Shown: one piece after another, positions 27,328 through 37,064 of the stretch
Numbering within the stretch: position 1 is the first letter of the stretch
Layout of the letters: every line of letters starts with the position of its first letter
IMG/VR virus record: IMGVR_UViG_3300027575_000002
Location: 1 to 64,000 of that record
DNA length: 64,000 bases
From: a virus
Strand: one strand, 5' to 3'
Made by a program: the position numbers and the translations under genes
The notes under the pieces: model-generated
Databases searched by the model: none
Seen by the model: the letters and a program-made list of their open reading frames with translations, nothing else
Told to the model about the DNA's origin: nothing

Positions 27328-27440
27328 ACAACATCGCGTCCATCCTGGTGCGCGAGCCGTTCCGCATGAGCAAACAGGACATTGGCGAGCTGACCATGCG
27401 GGACTTGATACAGATTTACTTCCGACCGCAGAAGGGGTGA
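26683..27440 (+). CDS. tail assembly chaperone -1 frameshift product (gpGT analogue)
   Basis: A -1 slip at A_AAA_AAC (27258-27264) continues in frame 3 as KKLQVHDIFSGRAEGG...IQIYFRPQKG to the stop at 27440. Confidence 0.55.
27258..27264 (+). promoter_or_regulatory. -1 programmed frameshift slippery heptamer A_AAA_AAC
   Basis: Zero-frame codons GGA AAA AAC; fits X_XXY_YYZ. Confidence 0.55.
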
Positions 27441-27444
27441 CGAC

Positions 27445-27612
27445 GTGAGTGCAGGCAACTGGTTCTGGATTCTATACGTAATCATCTTCCTGTTCGGGGG
27501 ATTCTACGGATTCAGCAGCGGCTGGGACCGCAGGTGGAGCGGCGGGGGACTGGTGCTCATGGTGCTGGTGGGACTGCTCGGCTGGGGAGTGTTCGGACCA
27601 CCGATCAGGTGA
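27445..27612 (+). CDS. small membrane protein
   Basis: 55 codons, two hydrophobic segments, GTG start. Confidence 0.35.
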   Translation: MSAGNWFWILYVIIFLFGGFYGFSSGWDRRWSGGGLVLMVLVGLLGWGVFGPPIR

Positions 27613-27688
27613 GAAGCAACAGATCAAAAACGGAGAAACAAACAACAAAAGACTTGCAGAGATGTGAGTCTTTTATTTTAGGAGCAGC

Positions 27689-30562
27689 GTGGCAGGATTC
27701 GGCGACATCATTGGCGGCATCAAGAGCATCGGCGGCAAGATCGCCGGTGCCTTTGGCTCGCGCTCACCCTCTGCCCCGGCAGGACCGCAGGGACCGCCCC
27801 AGCCGATAGGACTCGACAGGGTAGGGGCTGCGGCAAAAGCCGTCAAGGAGCGCGAGGCGTCGTCACCCGCGAAGCAGCCCATAGGCGACCCGCAGAAGGC
27901 CACGGGGCACGGAGACTTCCTACACGGCGGAGAGTACAGCACATTCTCGTCCTCAAACGTGCGCGGCGCATCATATGATCCCGAAAACAACTTCCTGGAG
28001 ATCGGATACAAGAACGGCGGGAGGTACGGATACCACGACGTAAATCGAGGCGAGGCCAAGTCGTTCTACGACGCAGCCTCCAAGGGCAAGTGGGTGTGGG
28101 ACCACCTGCGCCTGCGGGGTACGGTGTTCGGATACCAAAAGGCGTACACGTACCTTGGCGGCAAGTCTCAGGGGTACACGCCGAAGTACGCAATGTCCAG
28201 CAGGCACAAGGAACTCCACAGGGGCATCGGCCCAGAGGGCCGCACGCCCCTTGAGTGGCGCGAGGGTGCGAGTCCATACGCGAACCAATTCAGGGAGCAC
28301 GAGGGTCCGCACCCGATGGGGAAGGCGGACGAGCTGCCGGGGTACGTAGTCGGGGGCAAGCGCGGCAAGAATACGCAGCACGAGTCACCAGAGGAGATTG
28401 AAACGCGGCCGAGTCGCAACCGACCGTCGGCGGCAGAAGACTTGGCCTCGGCGTTCAAGAGCGACGACCGCAAGGTGCTCGGCAAACCCCCGCCATCTCC
28501 TGCACCACCTCCTGCACCAGCATTCCCTCCCGGTGGTGGTACTAGGAGCTTGTTCTCCAAGATCGGCAGGGGAATATCCTCGCTGTTCGGCGGGCAGAAG
28601 AAGGCGGCGGGCGGACCAGTCGAGCAGCGACTCGGCGACGGGGGAGACAACGAGCCGGCGATGCTCACCCCCAGAGAATACGTAATGCCCGCCGCGCAGG
28701 CTCAGAAGCCGGAGAACGCCGAGATACTGGAGGCAATGCGCAGGGGCGAGACTGTATCCAAGCCGGACGAGAAGAAGAGTCCCGGAATAATCGGCAAGAT
28801 GGTCGGGGGACTCAAGGACAAGTACCAGGGACTCGTTGACAGGTACGGCAAGAACACTGCGATAGCGATCATGGCCGCAGGCGCGGCGGGGATGGCCCTA
28901 CCGATACCGGGCAGCGCAATAGCCACGATGGGTATGGCGACGGGAGCGGCGGAACTCTACAAGAGGTGGCAGGCACCCAAGCACCTGGACAAGGGCGGGT
29001 TCGTGTCCGGGGGTCGAGGGTACGGACTGGCACCTGAAGTTAAGGGGCCAATCGATCCGGGCATACCGCTCAGTAGCCCAAGACCGCAGGGGTACGACCT
29101 CGCGCCGCTGGGTGCAGACGACAGCAAGTCTGGCAGCACACCCCCACCCATCGGGGCATCGAAGCTGGACGACGCAGCATCGGCACTCAAGGACGCAGCC
29201 AAGCTACTCCTCGACGTATCGAAGGCCAGCGAGACCAAGGCGGACAAGGACGCACCGGAACGGAACACCGGGAGCGGATTCGACGCAGCAGGCCGCCTCA
29301 GCAGGGGCAGCACCATAGACAACCTGCTGCGCGGGGGCCTCGGATACAAGGGAGGACTACCGGGTGCAGTGGCGGCGACGGGCGGGGCGATAGGAGGGGA
29401 GGGAGCGGCCGGCGTACTCGGCGGTCCCGCAGGACTTGCGGCAATCTCCGGAGTCGTGGCGTTCGAGACCAGCATCAAGTCTGTGATTGGTGCCAGCAAA
29501 TTGCTCGCGGGTACATTCCTCTCGGTGGTCAGCACGGCGAAGAACCCGTCCGCACTTCTGGGTGGTGTAGCGTCGTCCGTGACCAGCCAGGTGGGAGCGT
29601 ATAGCCCAGCGGCGGTCGAGCGTTTCCAGATTCGACTCGACAACCTGTCGGCAGCACTGGGGCGCGGATTCGAGCCGTTGCTCACGATACTCGGCGACGT
29701 TGCAGACCAGTGGAACGAACTGGCGACGGAGACTGCACCCCAGATTCGGTCGATAATCGGTGAACTCGGCCCACCCATCAAGGACGTAGCCAAGGTCATA
29801 GGCACGGAGACGGTGGCCGCACTGCGCGATATAGCGGCGTGGGCGAAACCGTTTATCGGAGACTTGCAGCAGCTCACTCCGTCGGCCGGGCAGCTGGTGC
29901 AGACCTTCTTCTCCCTGGTGAATGCGGGTGGGTCGGTGCTGGACTCGATCCTCAAGGTCACCGAGGGGTTCCTCGGAATTGAACCCGCTAAGGACGGGTT
30001 CGTATCGGAGGTTCAGGAGATAACCGCCACGCTCAGGGCGCTCGCGTTAACAATCGAGACAGTCGCAAGGGGGGTAGCAGAGTCGGGAGAGCGGCTCAGA
30101 TCAATCGGGTCGGGCACGCGCAACGTACTGGAGAGCATAACTGGAACACCAGCCGTCCGATTACTACTAGGCGGCAACAGGTCTGAAGAATCCAAGGACA
30201 AAGAGGATGGAATCCTAGACCTATTCAACAGGAGTCGCGACCTGTTCAGATTGCAGCAGCAGAACAGAGAGAGGGAAGCGAGAGACCTGCGCGAGGGCGG
30301 AGGGGGTCACGACGCCGATGACAAGAAAAGGACGTTCGCCGCACAACCTGCCCGACAGGCCGACATCGAGGTCGGCAAGGAGGCGAGGGCCGCCGCGTTC
30401 GGAGCGTCGCAGTGGCAGGACAAGCTGATAGAGCAGGGGGAGCAGCAGACCGAACTCGCGCAAGACCAGTTGGACGCTACTCAGAATCTCGCTACCTTAC
30501 TACGGGAGATGTTTACCTTCAACTACAATACCGTCACACAGTCACAAGCGGTGTATCCATAA
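27689..30562 (+). CDS. tape measure protein with N-terminal KTSC domain
   Basis: 957 aa, Gly/Ala-rich hydrophobic segments, follows the chaperone pair. SSNVRGASYDPENNFLEIGYKNGGRYGYHDV...AASKGKWVWDHL matches KTSC (central YxY). Confidence 0.8.
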   Translation: MAGFGDIIGGIKSIGGKIAGAFGSRSPSAPAGPQGPPQPIGLDRVGAAAKAVKEREASSPAKQPIGDPQKATGHGDFLHGGEYSTFSSSNVRGASYDPENNFLEIGYKNGGRYGYHDVNRGEAKSFYDAASKGKWVWDHLRLRGTVFGYQKAYTYLGGKSQGYTPKYAMSSRHKELHRGIGPEGRTPLEWREGASPYANQFREHEGPHPMGKADELPGYVVGGKRGKNTQHESPEEIETRPSRNRPSAAEDLASAFKSDDRKVLGKPPPSPAPPPAPAFPPGGGTRSLFSKIGRGISSLFGGQKKAAGGPVEQRLGDGGDNEPAMLTPREYVMPAAQAQKPENAEILEAMRRGETVSKPDEKKSPGIIGKMVGGLKDKYQGLVDRYGKNTAIAIMAAGAAGMALPIPGSAIATMGMATGAAELYKRWQAPKHLDKGGFVSGGRGYGLAPEVKGPIDPGIPLSSPRPQGYDLAPLGADDSKSGSTPPPIGASKLDDAASALKDAAKLLLDVSKASETKADKDAPERNTGSGFDAAGRLSRGSTIDNLLRGGLGYKGGLPGAVAATGGAIGGEGAAGVLGGPAGLAAISGVVAFETSIKSVIGASKLLAGTFLSVVSTAKNPSALLGGVASSVTSQVGAYSPAAVERFQIRLDNLSAALGRGFEPLLTILGDVADQWNELATETAPQIRSIIGELGPPIKDVAKVIGTETVAALRDIAAWAKPFIGDLQQLTPSAGQLVQTFFSLVNAGGSVLDSILKVTEGFLGIEPAKDGFVSEVQEITATLRALALTIETVARGVAESGERLRSIGSGTRNVLESITGTPAVRLLLGGNRSEESKDKEDGILDLFNRSRDLFRLQQQNREREARDLREGGGGHDADDKKRTFAAQPARQADIEVGKEARAAAFGASQWQDKLIEQGEQQTELAQDQLDATQNLATLLREMFTFNYNTVTQSQAVYP

Positions 30563-31620
30563 TGGGAATACTATCAGTACCGTGGTCGGAGGAGTGCAAG
30601 ACCCGCCAGCAAGCGAGCCAGAGCTGGTCCCCGGACAGCGCGTCCGTCACGTACACCATACGCATCGGGGAGTCGGTAGGGGGCACGAGCGAGGACGTGT
30701 ACCAGGCCATACCGCAGATAGTGGGATCGTCCACTGTGGTACAGCAGTCAGGGTCCACGCCGATGCTCAGCCGACTGACCCCCTGGACCCACCCGCTGTA
30801 CCCGTGGCTACGCGCCACGAAGATCTTGAGCATCAACGGGGAGGGACCGAAGTCCAGGGCGACGACCGACAGCGGATACGGCTCTTACGGAGACGCCTGG
30901 AGGGACTACGTAATATCCGTGCTGTTTGAGGTGCCGTCCTTCCCGATACAGGAGGACGACGCGATAGACGCGGAGTACCAGAGGTACACGACGATAAAGT
31001 GGGACGACAACCTGGAGACCCTGGCGCGGAAGGGGGTGCAGTGGACATTCTTCGGAGGTGCTACAGGTCCATTCGCAGGCGACGCATATCTGCGCACCCC
31101 CAAGGGAATACTCCACCTGTTGTGGCACGACGTGCCCAGCGCGTTCGTCGAAGCGAGCGGATTCTACCCGACCAACTTCCGAAACTGCATCGGCAAGCTC
31201 AACCTGTACCCGTTCCCAAACTTCCCATTCCCAAGCTCCAACGGCACCAAGGTCAAGCAGTTCGCGCCCGGCACGCTATTGTGCCTGCCCATTAAGAGCA
31301 ATCCACGCGCGCAGGTGAACGCGGCGCTGTTCGACTTCGACAACCCACCTGCCGACTACTTCTTCCGCACGCTGGACTGCGAGATAATGCTCGTGGAGTT
31401 TGACCCGCCGACCCCCGGCACCGCGACCGTGTACGTCCCGACGTACCAGGAGACGATCTCGATCCTGGGGCACAACACACTGCCGACGCCCATGCCCGTG
31501 GGCAACTACGCATTCTACCCGGCGACCAATGGACCCGTGCCGACGGGTGTACTATCCAGCGACCTGTTCCTGCAATACCAGTACGCGGACTTCGAGACGA
31601 TCTTCGAGGGCCTGACGTAA
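30562..31620 (+). CDS. distal tail protein candidate
   Basis: TAATG coupling to the tape measure; position only. Confidence 0.45.
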   Translation: MGILSVPWSEECKTRQQASQSWSPDSASVTYTIRIGESVGGTSEDVYQAIPQIVGSSTVVQQSGSTPMLSRLTPWTHPLYPWLRATKILSINGEGPKSRATTDSGYGSYGDAWRDYVISVLFEVPSFPIQEDDAIDAEYQRYTTIKWDDNLETLARKGVQWTFFGGATGPFAGDAYLRTPKGILHLLWHDVPSAFVEASGFYPTNFRNCIGKLNLYPFPNFPFPSSNGTKVKQFAPGTLLCLPIKSNPRAQVNAALFDFDNPPADYFFRTLDCEIMLVEFDPPTPGTATVYVPTYQETISILGHNTLPTPMPVGNYAFYPATNGPVPTGVLSSDLFLQYQYADFETIFEGLT

Positions 31621-34178
31621 TGGACCTCGCACTGCTGCGCCGAATCGAGGCACTGGAGAGGCTAATTGCGGAGCTAGGCACAGCAAACCGCACGCAGTTC
31701 GCTCCACCCCTGCGCGTCATAGACGACAACTCGTTCGGCAGGACAGTCGGCGTGGACACCAGCGAGGCGGCGGTCAACACGTTCGCGACCACCGGCGCAT
31801 TCTTGCGCGACGCCTTCGCCGGATTCTACGACGACAAGTGGGACTCGGTGGCGCAGACGTGGGAGGACGTGAACGACATCACCTCGCTGACCGCGTGCTG
31901 GCTTGTGGACGACTCGCTCGCCAAGAAGCTCCCGCCGGCAAGTCGGTGGATCGGTGTGCTGCAAGATGACGGTATCCCAGGCCCAGCGGGGCCGTTCTAC
32001 ATCGCACTGAACAACAGGGTGCTCGGTGACACCAGTGATACGGACAACTGGCTGGAAGTCGTCACGGACCCGGAGAACGTCCTCGACTACCCGATAGTGG
32101 TGGTATCGACGACAGCACTCGCCGACGGCCAGCTCGCCATCAACACCCCGCCAGACTTCGCGGCGCAACTCAGCATAATAATAACCGACAGCGGGTCCGC
32201 AATCACTGCGGGTGACCTAGTGCTGGTAGACCCGACGCAGGCCGGGACGGAGACCATCTCGCTCGTCGGCGGCACTGCGACATACATCACCTCCAACTAC
32301 TACACGTCCGCAATGTCCGCAAACATCACCGGACTGATGGGCGGGTCATCGACCACCATAGAGATCGAGGTCTACGAGTATCCACCGGGCGTACTGCTCA
32401 ACTACAGCGGTAACACCTGGATAGACAACGTGCTCGACACGGGACCGCCCACGGACGGGAACTGGACCAAGGTCAGCCTGCCCGCGCTGACGGACGACGG
32501 CACGATCTCGATCAACAACACGTACTCCACGGGGGACTACGGCCAGAGGGCTTTGCCAATAGTGCTAATCCAGTCCGACGGAGTCGGCGGCGGTGGATAC
32601 TCGTCGTCCAACCCACCAGTGACATACTGCCAATTGCTGGCAGAGGCTACGGGAGTGTGGAGGACGCTGACCGACGACGACGGAAACGTGTTCTGCTTGT
32701 TCGTGCCCGACTGCCAGGAGGTGCTCGGAGCGTGCCAGCCCAGCACCGGTCCTGCGGGTGGCAGCTGCCCCACGGTCTCCTGGCCACCGACCATATGCGC
32801 GACGTGGACGGCGAGGGGATTCTACGTCCTCGGTGGTGTCGATGTGTGCTATACGCAGACGTTCCATAGCACTCTGACCTTTCAGGGGCCAGTAGATCAG
32901 ACTAACGGTACGTATAGCGGTGTGTACACAGGAACTTCTCAGTTTCTTTCCTCATCCGATCCTTCTCCTCTCGTTCCTGCTACACCCAGCATGAACGTAA
33001 CGATAACCGCGTACTGCTGCGCAACAGATGGCAGCACGATATGGGGCGTCACCGACTGCGGCGGTGTGATAAGTACGACCCCCGACCCGCCGGTCTCAGG
33101 CGTCGGCGGAGGACTCTACGACTTCACGTATACGGGGTACTACAACGGACCCGGCATGTTTACCGGATACTACATTGGCGACCCGCCGTGCGCGGACGCA
33201 GGACCGCTCAACGGGAGCCAGGCGCTGTCTACGTCCGTAGGGGCGTGCGGCAGCGGGAACCCCATAATCAAAGTCGGGCCGTCCACTCCCATCACACCTC
33301 CTGGCGTCCTGCTCTTATCGGCGAGCAACCCCTCCGCACCTTTGACGCCCACGACGTTCACAATGTCCCAGACAAACGCCACGACGCTGGCGGGGTCGTT
33401 CACACTCCCAGGGGTGTCCGGGACGATAACGTACCAAGTGCAGTACATGTCCACCCTCGGCAGATACTATGCCAGCGCAGTGAACTCCAACCTCCCGAAC
33501 GACTACAGCGGCTCGTTTGTATCCGTATCCGGTGCGGCAGGGTTTACACTGGGGTCTGTTGCACTGTCGCCAGTCATAGGGGGGTCCAACACTCGGATAG
33601 TGGTCACGCAACCCGCCGGACTCGTCCTGGCCTCTGCGAGTGCGTCAACAGTAGCCGCGTCCACATCCACAATCGCGGTGGGGAACCCGGTCACCGTGAC
33701 CGTAACGCTCCTGAGCGCGGGGAGTGCACCGGTCCCCAACAAACTGGTGACCCTAGCTGCGACGGGTAGCAGCACGGGCAACGGCGCGACGGCGATCACC
33801 AACGCCAGCGGCGTTGCCGCGTTCACGGTCACCGACAGCACAGCGGAGAGCATAACGTACAGTGCTGTGGATACGACGGATTCGGTCACGGTCACGGCAA
33901 CGGCCAGCGTGACGTACACAAGCGGAAGCATGACGACGATCACGAGCGCCTTTTTCGTCAACAGCGGCGGCATGTCGTTCCCCGTCGCGAGCCAAGCCGG
34001 GATGAGCGTCGGAACGGCGTTGACCATTCATTGCGTACGAACATCGGACAGCGCGACGTTTACTGTGACGGGAATAGTCACCGCGCTTGGTGCGTCCGTA
34101 ACTATCGGCAGCGTCACGATCAATTCGCCCGGCAACAGCGGCGACCTTTGCAACACAGGAGCCGTGGTAACATTCTGA
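31620..34178 (+). CDS. tail tip/fibre protein with bacterial Ig-like (Big) repeats
   Basis: 852 aa; C-terminal VTVTLLSAGSAPVPNKLVTLAATGSSTGNGATAITNASGVAAFTVTDSTAESITYSA is invasin/intimin-type Big_1-like. Confidence 0.6.
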   Translation: MDLALLRRIEALERLIAELGTANRTQFAPPLRVIDDNSFGRTVGVDTSEAAVNTFATTGAFLRDAFAGFYDDKWDSVAQTWEDVNDITSLTACWLVDDSLAKKLPPASRWIGVLQDDGIPGPAGPFYIALNNRVLGDTSDTDNWLEVVTDPENVLDYPIVVVSTTALADGQLAINTPPDFAAQLSIIITDSGSAITAGDLVLVDPTQAGTETISLVGGTATYITSNYYTSAMSANITGLMGGSSTTIEIEVYEYPPGVLLNYSGNTWIDNVLDTGPPTDGNWTKVSLPALTDDGTISINNTYSTGDYGQRALPIVLIQSDGVGGGGYSSSNPPVTYCQLLAEATGVWRTLTDDDGNVFCLFVPDCQEVLGACQPSTGPAGGSCPTVSWPPTICATWTARGFYVLGGVDVCYTQTFHSTLTFQGPVDQTNGTYSGVYTGTSQFLSSSDPSPLVPATPSMNVTITAYCCATDGSTIWGVTDCGGVISTTPDPPVSGVGGGLYDFTYTGYYNGPGMFTGYYIGDPPCADAGPLNGSQALSTSVGACGSGNPIIKVGPSTPITPPGVLLLSASNPSAPLTPTTFTMSQTNATTLAGSFTLPGVSGTITYQVQYMSTLGRYYASAVNSNLPNDYSGSFVSVSGAAGFTLGSVALSPVIGGSNTRIVVTQPAGLVLASASASTVAASTSTIAVGNPVTVTVTLLSAGSAPVPNKLVTLAATGSSTGNGATAITNASGVAAFTVTDSTAESITYSAVDTTDSVTVTATASVTYTSGSMTTITSAFFVNSGGMSFPVASQAGMSVGTALTIHCVRTSDSATFTVTGIVTALGASVTIGSVTINSPGNSGDLCNTGAVVTF

Positions 34179-34271
34179 TGAGCATCACGGACCAGGCCGC
34201 GTAGCTGGTGAACTTTCCCAGCGCGACGACGGTCACGCTCTTGGACGTGCAACAATAACGGAGGGGGTGCA

Positions 34272-35378
34272 ATGAGCCAACTAACGGGGGCATACAACCT
34301 GGGGCCGGCCGGCGACGACAACTCTGCCGCGGGAAGCGGGCCGTGGACCCTCACGGCAACGCCGGCGACGTTCAGCTACGTCGAGTGGTGGACAGATCAG
34401 ATCTTCACGCTCTCCCAGCTCGCATCGCTGGCCGCGACGTTTGATTCGACGCTTGGCGGCTCGGCGGGCGGATCACCGCGCATCAAGGTCGGTTTGGACA
34501 CCGGCGGTGTGATTGCGACGTACCTGTTGATCTATTTGGGCAATCCGCCGGAGATCATCGACACGCCGGCCGAACTCAACACACTGTCCGGAGTCAACTT
34601 GATCGGGGCCAGCACGGACGGCACAATCATCTACGATACGTCCGCGTTTGCGGGCGGCTCGCCGTGGACTAGCTACTCAGCGGCGGTCTCGCTGCTGGGC
34701 TCGTTGACTGTTGAGGACATCGATATCGTTGCCGACAACTTCGCGCCGTACCCGAGCCAGCGGTTGACTTTCACGGGCTTCACCGGGAGCATCACCGATG
34801 CCCTTCCGTTCGCTGACAGCTTCGGTGCCGCAACGGGGGAGTTCGCGGCAATGCGGACAATCGCGGCGCAAGCGACAAAGCCGCTCAACAGCACATGGTC
34901 GATCAGGCAAGGCGGCTGGGTGACTGCCAACGGCATCGCTGCGGGCACGGCCAGCATCGGCCCGAACATCGCGTTGGTTCAAGGCGCGAACGATGCCGAC
35001 GTGTCCGTGCAAGCGACGTTCAACTTCACCGGCCAGGGTAGCGAGTATGTCGGCCTGGTCGCGCGTGCCGGCGGTCCGTGGGTAGCGAGCGGTGACGGCA
35101 CGGAATACGTGGGTAATTACTGGCGGCAAGGCAAGACGTGCTCGGCGGCGATCTGGCGGCTTGTGGGTGGCGTTCCGACTGTGCTGGTCAACGTCGCCGG
35201 CTTCCCGCTCACGACGGGCGTCCTGCGGTTCGACGTGATCGGCGGCAATCTCGGCCTGTACCTCAACGGCGTGCTGCTGGTGTCGGCCGTGGATAGCAAG
35301 CCGCTTGCAGCGGGGACGTGCGGGATGCGCTGCTACGTTGGCACGCAGATGAGTCAGTTTTCGGCAGTCGCGAAATAA
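34272..35378 (+). CDS. fibre/receptor-binding candidate with ConA-like C-terminal domain
   Basis: 368 aa; C-terminal jelly-roll-like pattern (VGLVARAGG...WRLVGGVPTVL...LRFDVIGGNLGLYLNGVLL). Confidence 0.5.
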   Translation: MSQLTGAYNLGPAGDDNSAAGSGPWTLTATPATFSYVEWWTDQIFTLSQLASLAATFDSTLGGSAGGSPRIKVGLDTGGVIATYLLIYLGNPPEIIDTPAELNTLSGVNLIGASTDGTIIYDTSAFAGGSPWTSYSAAVSLLGSLTVEDIDIVADNFAPYPSQRLTFTGFTGSITDALPFADSFGAATGEFAAMRTIAAQATKPLNSTWSIRQGGWVTANGIAAGTASIGPNIALVQGANDADVSVQATFNFTGQGSEYVGLVARAGGPWVASGDGTEYVGNYWRQGKTCSAAIWRLVGGVPTVLVNVAGFPLTTGVLRFDVIGGNLGLYLNGVLLVSAVDSKPLAAGTCGMRCYVGTQMSQFSAVAK

Positions 35379-35390
35379 CTCGGTGATCCG

Positions 35391-35774
35391 ATGTCTACGA
35401 CCGACAAACCCTGCACGTTCGACGGCGACGGCTGCTGCAAGAGGCACAGGGGCAACCGGCACGACGGGGAGGACCAGCAGCGACTCGCCCGCGACCCAGG
35501 GCCGGAGGGGCAGGCGTGGCGCAGGGGCATGGACGCGGTGTACGGGATAGTCGATGCTACACCGCTGACCAACAGGACCAAGAGGCCGTGTAGGCACCGA
35601 GGCTACAAGGTGCGCAGGCGGAGCGGCAGGCCGGTGACAAAAAGGTGTGGGAAATGCGGTGACAAGCGGGAGTACATAGTGTTCGTGTGCGAGAAAGAGC
35701 CTGACGACAAGAGGGACAAGCGCTTTCCCCTGCCCATAGCGTCGGAGTGCCTCAGTTGCGGAGACTGGGAATAA
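35391..35774 (+). CDS. hypothetical Cys-rich basic protein
   Basis: 127 aa with several CxxC pairs. Confidence 0.45.
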   Translation: MSTTDKPCTFDGDGCCKRHRGNRHDGEDQQRLARDPGPEGQAWRRGMDAVYGIVDATPLTNRTKRPCRHRGYKVRRRSGRPVTKRCGKCGDKREYIVFVCEKEPDDKRDKRFPLPIASECLSCGDWE

Positions 35775-35809
35775 GAATCCACTGACCACCGCCTAAAGGA
35801 GTGCGATCC

Positions 35810-36487
35810 ATGCTGTTTGCTCAGATAGTCGAGAAATTTCCCCCAGAAGTCCTGGTGCAATTGCAAAAGAACGCCGAGGCAGACGCACTGGCACACTCAA
35901 TAACCGTAATCTGCGCGGCACTTGGGGGCGCAGGCATCAGCCTGCTCGGTGCGTTCGTGACCTTCTACTTCTGGGCCAAGAAAAAAAACAGAGAGGACCG
36001 CCTTGGAGAGAACGACCTGCGCAACTTGGAGGCCAAGGCCGATGCCGAGAAGAACAACACCACCTTCAGGCAGCTACAAGAACTGAGCAAGTACCAGTCG
36101 GACTGGTACAAGAGCCGCACGGAGGAGATGACAGCAACTTTCAATCGCGAGAGAAAAGAAACAGCAGAGACGTTAGCGCGCGAACGAATAGAAGTTAATC
36201 GTCAACTGGATGAAATGCGAAGTGCTATGACGAAGGTCAACAAGGATCATACTGAACTTCGCATAGCACACGATGAGTGCAGGTCAAACGATGTACTCAG
36301 AAAGGCGGAGGTGGAGGCGCTCAAGATACATGTCGCCAGCTTCAAGACTATCGACATGGGCGTAGACGATCTAGTAGAGAAGGTGGTGAAAAAATTAAAC
36401 ATAGAGGCGGAGAAGGCTGCGCACAAGCTAATCGCCGTGGCGGTTGAGGTCAAGAAGGCGGAGGCGGACCTGGCAGTAAAACCGTAA
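35810..36487 (+). CDS. membrane-anchored coiled-coil protein (lysis/spanin-like candidate)
   Basis: One TM segment (ITVICAALGGAGISLLGAFVTFYFW) then a long coiled-coil; SD AAAGGAG. Confidence 0.45.
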   Translation: MLFAQIVEKFPPEVLVQLQKNAEADALAHSITVICAALGGAGISLLGAFVTFYFWAKKKNREDRLGENDLRNLEAKADAEKNNTTFRQLQELSKYQSDWYKSRTEEMTATFNRERKETAETLARERIEVNRQLDEMRSAMTKVNKDHTELRIAHDECRSNDVLRKAEVEALKIHVASFKTIDMGVDDLVEKVVKKLNIEAEKAAHKLIAVAVEVKKAEADLAVKP

Positions 36488-36536
36488 CGCAATTATTTTA
36501 GCGCGGTCGCCAATTTCCTCAAAAAGTTGTGATAGT

Positions 36537-36713
36537 ATGGACTTCGTATACGAAATTTTTTTGGAGTACGTTCCAGTGACCGTAGCAGTGATCCTATCGT
36601 GGATATACTGGATACTGACACACTACGATCCAACGGGCACAGACTACTTCGTCATGCCCGGCAACCCAAACGACCCTCGTTCCTACGAGGGCAGACATCT
36701 AAGGAGAGAGTAA
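36537..36713 (+). CDS. small membrane protein (holin-like candidate)
   Basis: 58 codons with one TM segment. Confidence 0.3.
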   Translation: MDFVYEIFLEYVPVTVAVILSWIYWILTHYDPTGTDYFVMPGNPNDPRSYEGRHLRRE

Positions 36714-37022
36714 ATGTCCATCACGACGACAGTGCAGGAGCGGTATCTGGCCGCTGACTCGACGATCTCGCCGACCATCATCACCGACATCATGGCGCTG
36801 ATCCAAGCACTGCTCGGCGGGTGCACCGGAGCGCAGGTCAAGGCGAGGCGGGCACGCCGGCCCGTACTCACGCAGCTGTACGTGCAGGCCGGCGCGGACG
36901 TGAAGTGGTGGAATGACCCCGCCACCGCCGCGCAGGTATCCAACGCCTCCATGATCGTGCTCGACGCGTCCTCAGCGGCGGAGATCGACGAGTTCAAGGC
37001 GGCGCAACTGCCCCCCGCGTGA
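36714..37022 (+). CDS. hypothetical protein
   Basis: 102 aa. Confidence 0.45.
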   Translation: MSITTTVQERYLAADSTISPTIITDIMALIQALLGGCTGAQVKARRARRPVLTQLYVQAGADVKWWNDPATAAQVSNASMIVLDASSAAEIDEFKAAQLPPA

Positions 37023-37064
37023 AGGCGGCAGGACCGATTCCAAAACCAAACAGGAGCATCACCG

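Noticed and set aside
27646-27681. The hairpin AAAAGACT...AGTCTTTT followed by ATTTTA, read as a terminator between the chaperone and tape measure genes.
   Set aside because: The stem is almost all A-T (two G-C pairs), so it is probably too weak. It also sits inside an operon that must be read through.
31620-35378. A diversity-generating retroelement acting on the fibre/lectin-like genes.
   Set aside because: No reverse transcriptase ORF was recognised anywhere in the window, and I saw no template/variable repeat pair by eye.
36527-36536. An extended -10 promoter (TGATAGTAT) in the gap before ORF 36537.
   Set aside because: The hexamer overlaps the ATG of the ORF it would serve, and there is no -35. 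It is not convincing.
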